DNA of 64,000 nucleotides from Planctomycetota bacterium (GTDB taxonomy: Bacteria > Planctomycetota > UBA8742 > UBA2392): assembly GCA_020848275.1 (NCBI GenBank), contig JADLAK010000077.1, positions 7,606 through 71,605 of the forward strand. Direction: 5' to 3'. Below are positions 61,514-64,000 of the stretch, piece after piece. The notes beneath the pieces were generated by a model. The model saw only the letters and a program-made list of their open reading frames with translations, did no database searches and had not been told where the DNA came from. Within the stretch, counting starts at the first letter, position 1; every line of letters starts with the position of its first letter. The position numbers and the translations under genes were made by a program.

Positions 61514-61921
61514 ATGCACAAACGCACACGCCACAATCGCGGCTTTACCCTTATCGAACTTATGGTGGTCATCGTAATCCTGGGCATCATCGGGACCATG
61601 GCCTTTGTATTTGTGCTGCGCAACCCTGACGAAGCGCGCTGGACCAAGGCGCAGACCGAAATGGCCGAGATCGTCAAGGCGCTCAACACCTACCACCTGA
61701 AAAACGGCGGGACTTACCCGCAAAGCCTCGACGACGTGGGCGAACAGTTCAACGGCAAGGTGCCGATGAATCCCTTCAACAAGCAGCCCTACACCTTCGA
61801 AGTCAGCAACAACGGCTTCACGCTGACCTGCCTCGGCAAAGACGACGCGCCGGGCGGCGAGAAAATCCCGGATAAAGACATCGTGTTCACCGAACGCGGC
61901 CTGCAGGACGACAGCAAGTAG
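61514..61921 (+). CDS. gspG: Type II secretion major pseudopilin GspG-like, copy 2
   Basis: RG/FTLIELMVVIVILGII, YPQSL, NPF and LTCLGKDDAPGG. Confidence 0.8.
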   Translation: MHKRTRHNRGFTLIELMVVIVILGIIGTMAFVFVLRNPDEARWTKAQTEMAEIVKALNTYHLKNGGTYPQSLDDVGEQFNGKVPMNPFNKQPYTFEVSNNGFTLTCLGKDDAPGGEKIPDKDIVFTERGLQDDSK

Positions 61922-61940
61922 GACCGGGGCATTCGGCGAG

Positions 61941-62594
61941 TTGAAAGGCCCGCGCGTGTTTTTCAATCCGCAATCCGCAACTTGTCTGACGAAGCCTTGG
62001 CGAAGTCAGATCCGCAATCGGCAATCGCGACGGGCCATGACGCTGGTCGAGCTCGTGGTGGTCGTGTTGATCATGGGCATCAGCGTCATGATCGTGCTGA
62101 TCGCCGGCCACCTCTCGCTTCGCGACACCGAAGAACTCAAGGCCCAGGCGCGAACCCTCGCGGGTTTCCTTGAAACCGTGCGCCTCAACGCCGCCGTCAA
62201 AGGGCGCTCGTTTTTCATCGAGTACAACCTCGACGAGCAAAAATATTTTGCCTGGGTTCCCAAAGAACCCAAAGAGGGCGACGTCATCGACCCGGAGTCC
62301 AATGACGCGCTGGTCCAGGGCGTCGAGCTGTTCATGCCCAACCGTTACAACGCCGCCGGCCAGCGCGAGTTCTCCACCTGGATCGACCGCGTCGCCATGG
62401 GCGACGGCAAGGGCCAGTCCCGCGGCCTTGTGAAAATCGAATTCACCGCGCGCGGCGGCTCGCACTGGCACTACGTCTATTTGCGCAACAAGAACAACGA
62501 GTTCTATACCATCGAGGTCAACCCATTCACGGGCCTGGCCGAGGTCCATCCCGGCGAACTCAAGCCCGAGCCGCCCGAGAAGGTGCGCCGATGA
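61941..62594 (+). CDS. Minor pseudopilin GspH-like
   Basis: RRA/MTLVELVVVVLIMGI. The start is uncertain (TTG 61941). Confidence 0.7.
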   Translation: MKGPRVFFNPQSATCLTKPWRSQIRNRQSRRAMTLVELVVVVLIMGISVMIVLIAGHLSLRDTEELKAQARTLAGFLETVRLNAAVKGRSFFIEYNLDEQKYFAWVPKEPKEGDVIDPESNDALVQGVELFMPNRYNAAGQREFSTWIDRVAMGDGKGQSRGLVKIEFTARGGSHWHYVYLRNKNNEFYTIEVNPFTGLAEVHPGELKPEPPEKVRR

Positions 62595-63265
62595 TCCGCC
62601 GTCGCACATCCGGTTTTGCCCTGATCGAAGCCCTTGCGGCGGCGATGATCATGTCCGTGGTGCTGCTCACGCTGCTGGAGGTGCGCAACAACAGCATCCG
62701 CTGGTTCACGCTCAGCGGCGACCAGTACACGGCGGCGTGGCTTGCTGAAATGAAGATGAACGAGTTGATGAGTGAGAAACTGCCGGATCCGGAGGACGAG
62801 GAGAGTTTCTCCATGCAGGACAGCGGCAACTTCGCCGAGCTCGATGGCCGCGTGAACGACCTCAACGCGGCGGCCAGTGAAACCTGGAAAGAACGGGTCT
62901 ACTTCGAGAAGTTCACTTTCGAGTGGTCGAAGGAATTGATTTTCGTCGGCCAGGAATTCACAGGGTTGCAATCCGACCTTGAAGCCTATGAGCCTGAACT
63001 CGACGAATACGGCGAGCCCACCATCGACGACCCGCGCAGCAAGCCCATGGTGCGCATCGTGCGCATTACTCTGACGCTCAAGCGCCCGCTGGCGCGCGGT
63101 GTGGCCAGCGACGGCTCGGACGAAAGCGACGAAGAGTGGGAAAAACGCCGCACGCTCAAGCTCGTTACTTACGTCGATCCTTCGACACTGTTTGGCGCCA
63201 AGGGCGCGGCCGAGCCCGATCCCGCGCCGCCGCCCGCCCCGCCCCCAGCCCCGCCGCCCGGATGA
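62591..63265 (+). CDS. Minor pseudopilin GspI-like
   Basis: SG/FALIEALAAAMIM. ATGA overlaps at both ends. Confidence 0.7.
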   Translation: MIRRRTSGFALIEALAAAMIMSVVLLTLLEVRNNSIRWFTLSGDQYTAAWLAEMKMNELMSEKLPDPEDEESFSMQDSGNFAELDGRVNDLNAAASETWKERVYFEKFTFEWSKELIFVGQEFTGLQSDLEAYEPELDEYGEPTIDDPRSKPMVRIVRITLTLKRPLARGVASDGSDESDEEWEKRRTLKLVTYVDPSTLFGAKGAAEPDPAPPPAPPPAPPPG

Positions 63266-64000
63266 ACTACCAACGCCCACATCAACGCCGCGCTTTCAGC
63301 CTGATCGAGCTGGTCGTGACGCTGTTTGTCGTGAGCATCCTGATGACCTGCGTGGTGGCGATCGTGATGGGAACGGTCGAGGCCAAGATCCTGGTCGAAG
63401 CCGAAACGCGCGCGCGCAAACTTGGGCCGGCAATTGTCGAGACCATCGCGCGCGACCTTCGCAACGCCTGGGCCTCGGGCCCAGACAAGGAAGTAGAGCT
63501 TTCCGGCAGCTTCTTTGTCGCCAAGACCCACGGCGACGACGACGCGGCCGAGGATGAGCTCTGGTTCGTCACCACTGTTGACAGCTACATGCTTTACCAG
63601 GGCCTGCACAGCGAAATCACCGAGGTCGGCTATTACGTCAAGGACAACGAAAACGACGACGGCCTCAAGAGCCTGTACCGGCGCGAGGATTATTCCGTCG
63701 ACAAGGACCCGTCCGATGGGGGCCTGGGCGTCAAGCTGACCGACCGGCTGATCAGTTTCAATGTGCGTTACTACGAGCGCCCGACTAATGCAGACGACCC
63801 CACGGCCTATGACGAAGTGCTCAAGCCCGGCGGCTTCACCGAAAAACACGACTGGGACGCCAAGGACAGCCGCAAGCTGCCCTATGCGGCGCGCATCGAG
63901 CTGGTGCTGGACGTGACCTCGACGGACTCGCACACGCGGAACAAGGACCGCCGCATCGGCGTTTATAACGCAATTGTCCGTTTGCCGGATTATCCGGAAC
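63262..64000 (+). CDS. Minor pseudopilin GspJ-like, 3'-truncated (absent from the ORF track)
   Basis: ATG 63262: MNYQRPHQRRA/FSLIELVVTLFVVSILM...IARDLRNA...EVGYYV...LYRRE. Open to the window end. Confidence 0.75.
   Translation, partial: MNYQRPHQRRAFSLIELVVTLFVVSILMTCVVAIVMGTVEAKILVEAETRARKLGPAIVETIARDLRNAWASGPDKEVELSGSFFVAKTHGDDDAAEDELWFVTTVDSYMLYQGLHSEITEVGYYVKDNENDDGLKSLYRREDYSVDKDPSDGGLGVKLTDRLISFNVRYYERPTNADDPTAYDEVLKPGGFTEKHDWDAKDSRKLPYAARIELVLDVTSTDSHTRNKDRRIGVYNAIVRLPDYPE

Overview
GC-rich bacterial chromosomal segment, probably from a Planctomycetota-like organism. That assignment is an inference from scattered housekeeping genes, large exported repeat proteins and many REP-like hairpin families. 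From left to right it holds: the 3' part of a giant surface protein (exact 375-bp Ig-like repeats plus Kelch propellers); TPR and Sel1 genes; a SagB-type oxidoreductase and an M16 peptidase; clpS; a TPR-C39 peptidase; an orphan sdhB; a surface-glycan cluster; rsgA; a 1500-aa exported protein with an orphan histidine kinase; a metal-response locus; tRNA-Phe; squalene synthase; a PP2C phosphatase; icmF; pcrA/uvrD; an orphan nuoE; pyrR; rpsD; an ECF sigma/anti-sigma pair; and the start of a pseudopilin (GspG/G/H/I/J) cluster. The main finding lies at 34.6-38.5 kb on the minus strand and is hidden by the ORF track. A mer-type promoter/operator (19-bp spacer, CCGTAG-N4-CTACGG dyad) precedes merR, an outer-membrane beta-barrel gene and two exported HMA (MerP/CopZ-like) genes. 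In each of those two genes both cysteines of the GMxCxxC metal-binding motif are in-frame TGA codons (GMD-U-GG-U and GMS-U-GM-U). Both genes have twin hairpins at identical spacing downstream of the TGAs. They are followed by a Cys-rich HMA gene and a Cys-less HMA gene. The best reading is a MerR-controlled periplasmic metal-handling system built on double-selenocysteine (UxxU) HMA proteins, with no merA, merT or P-type ATPase in the window.
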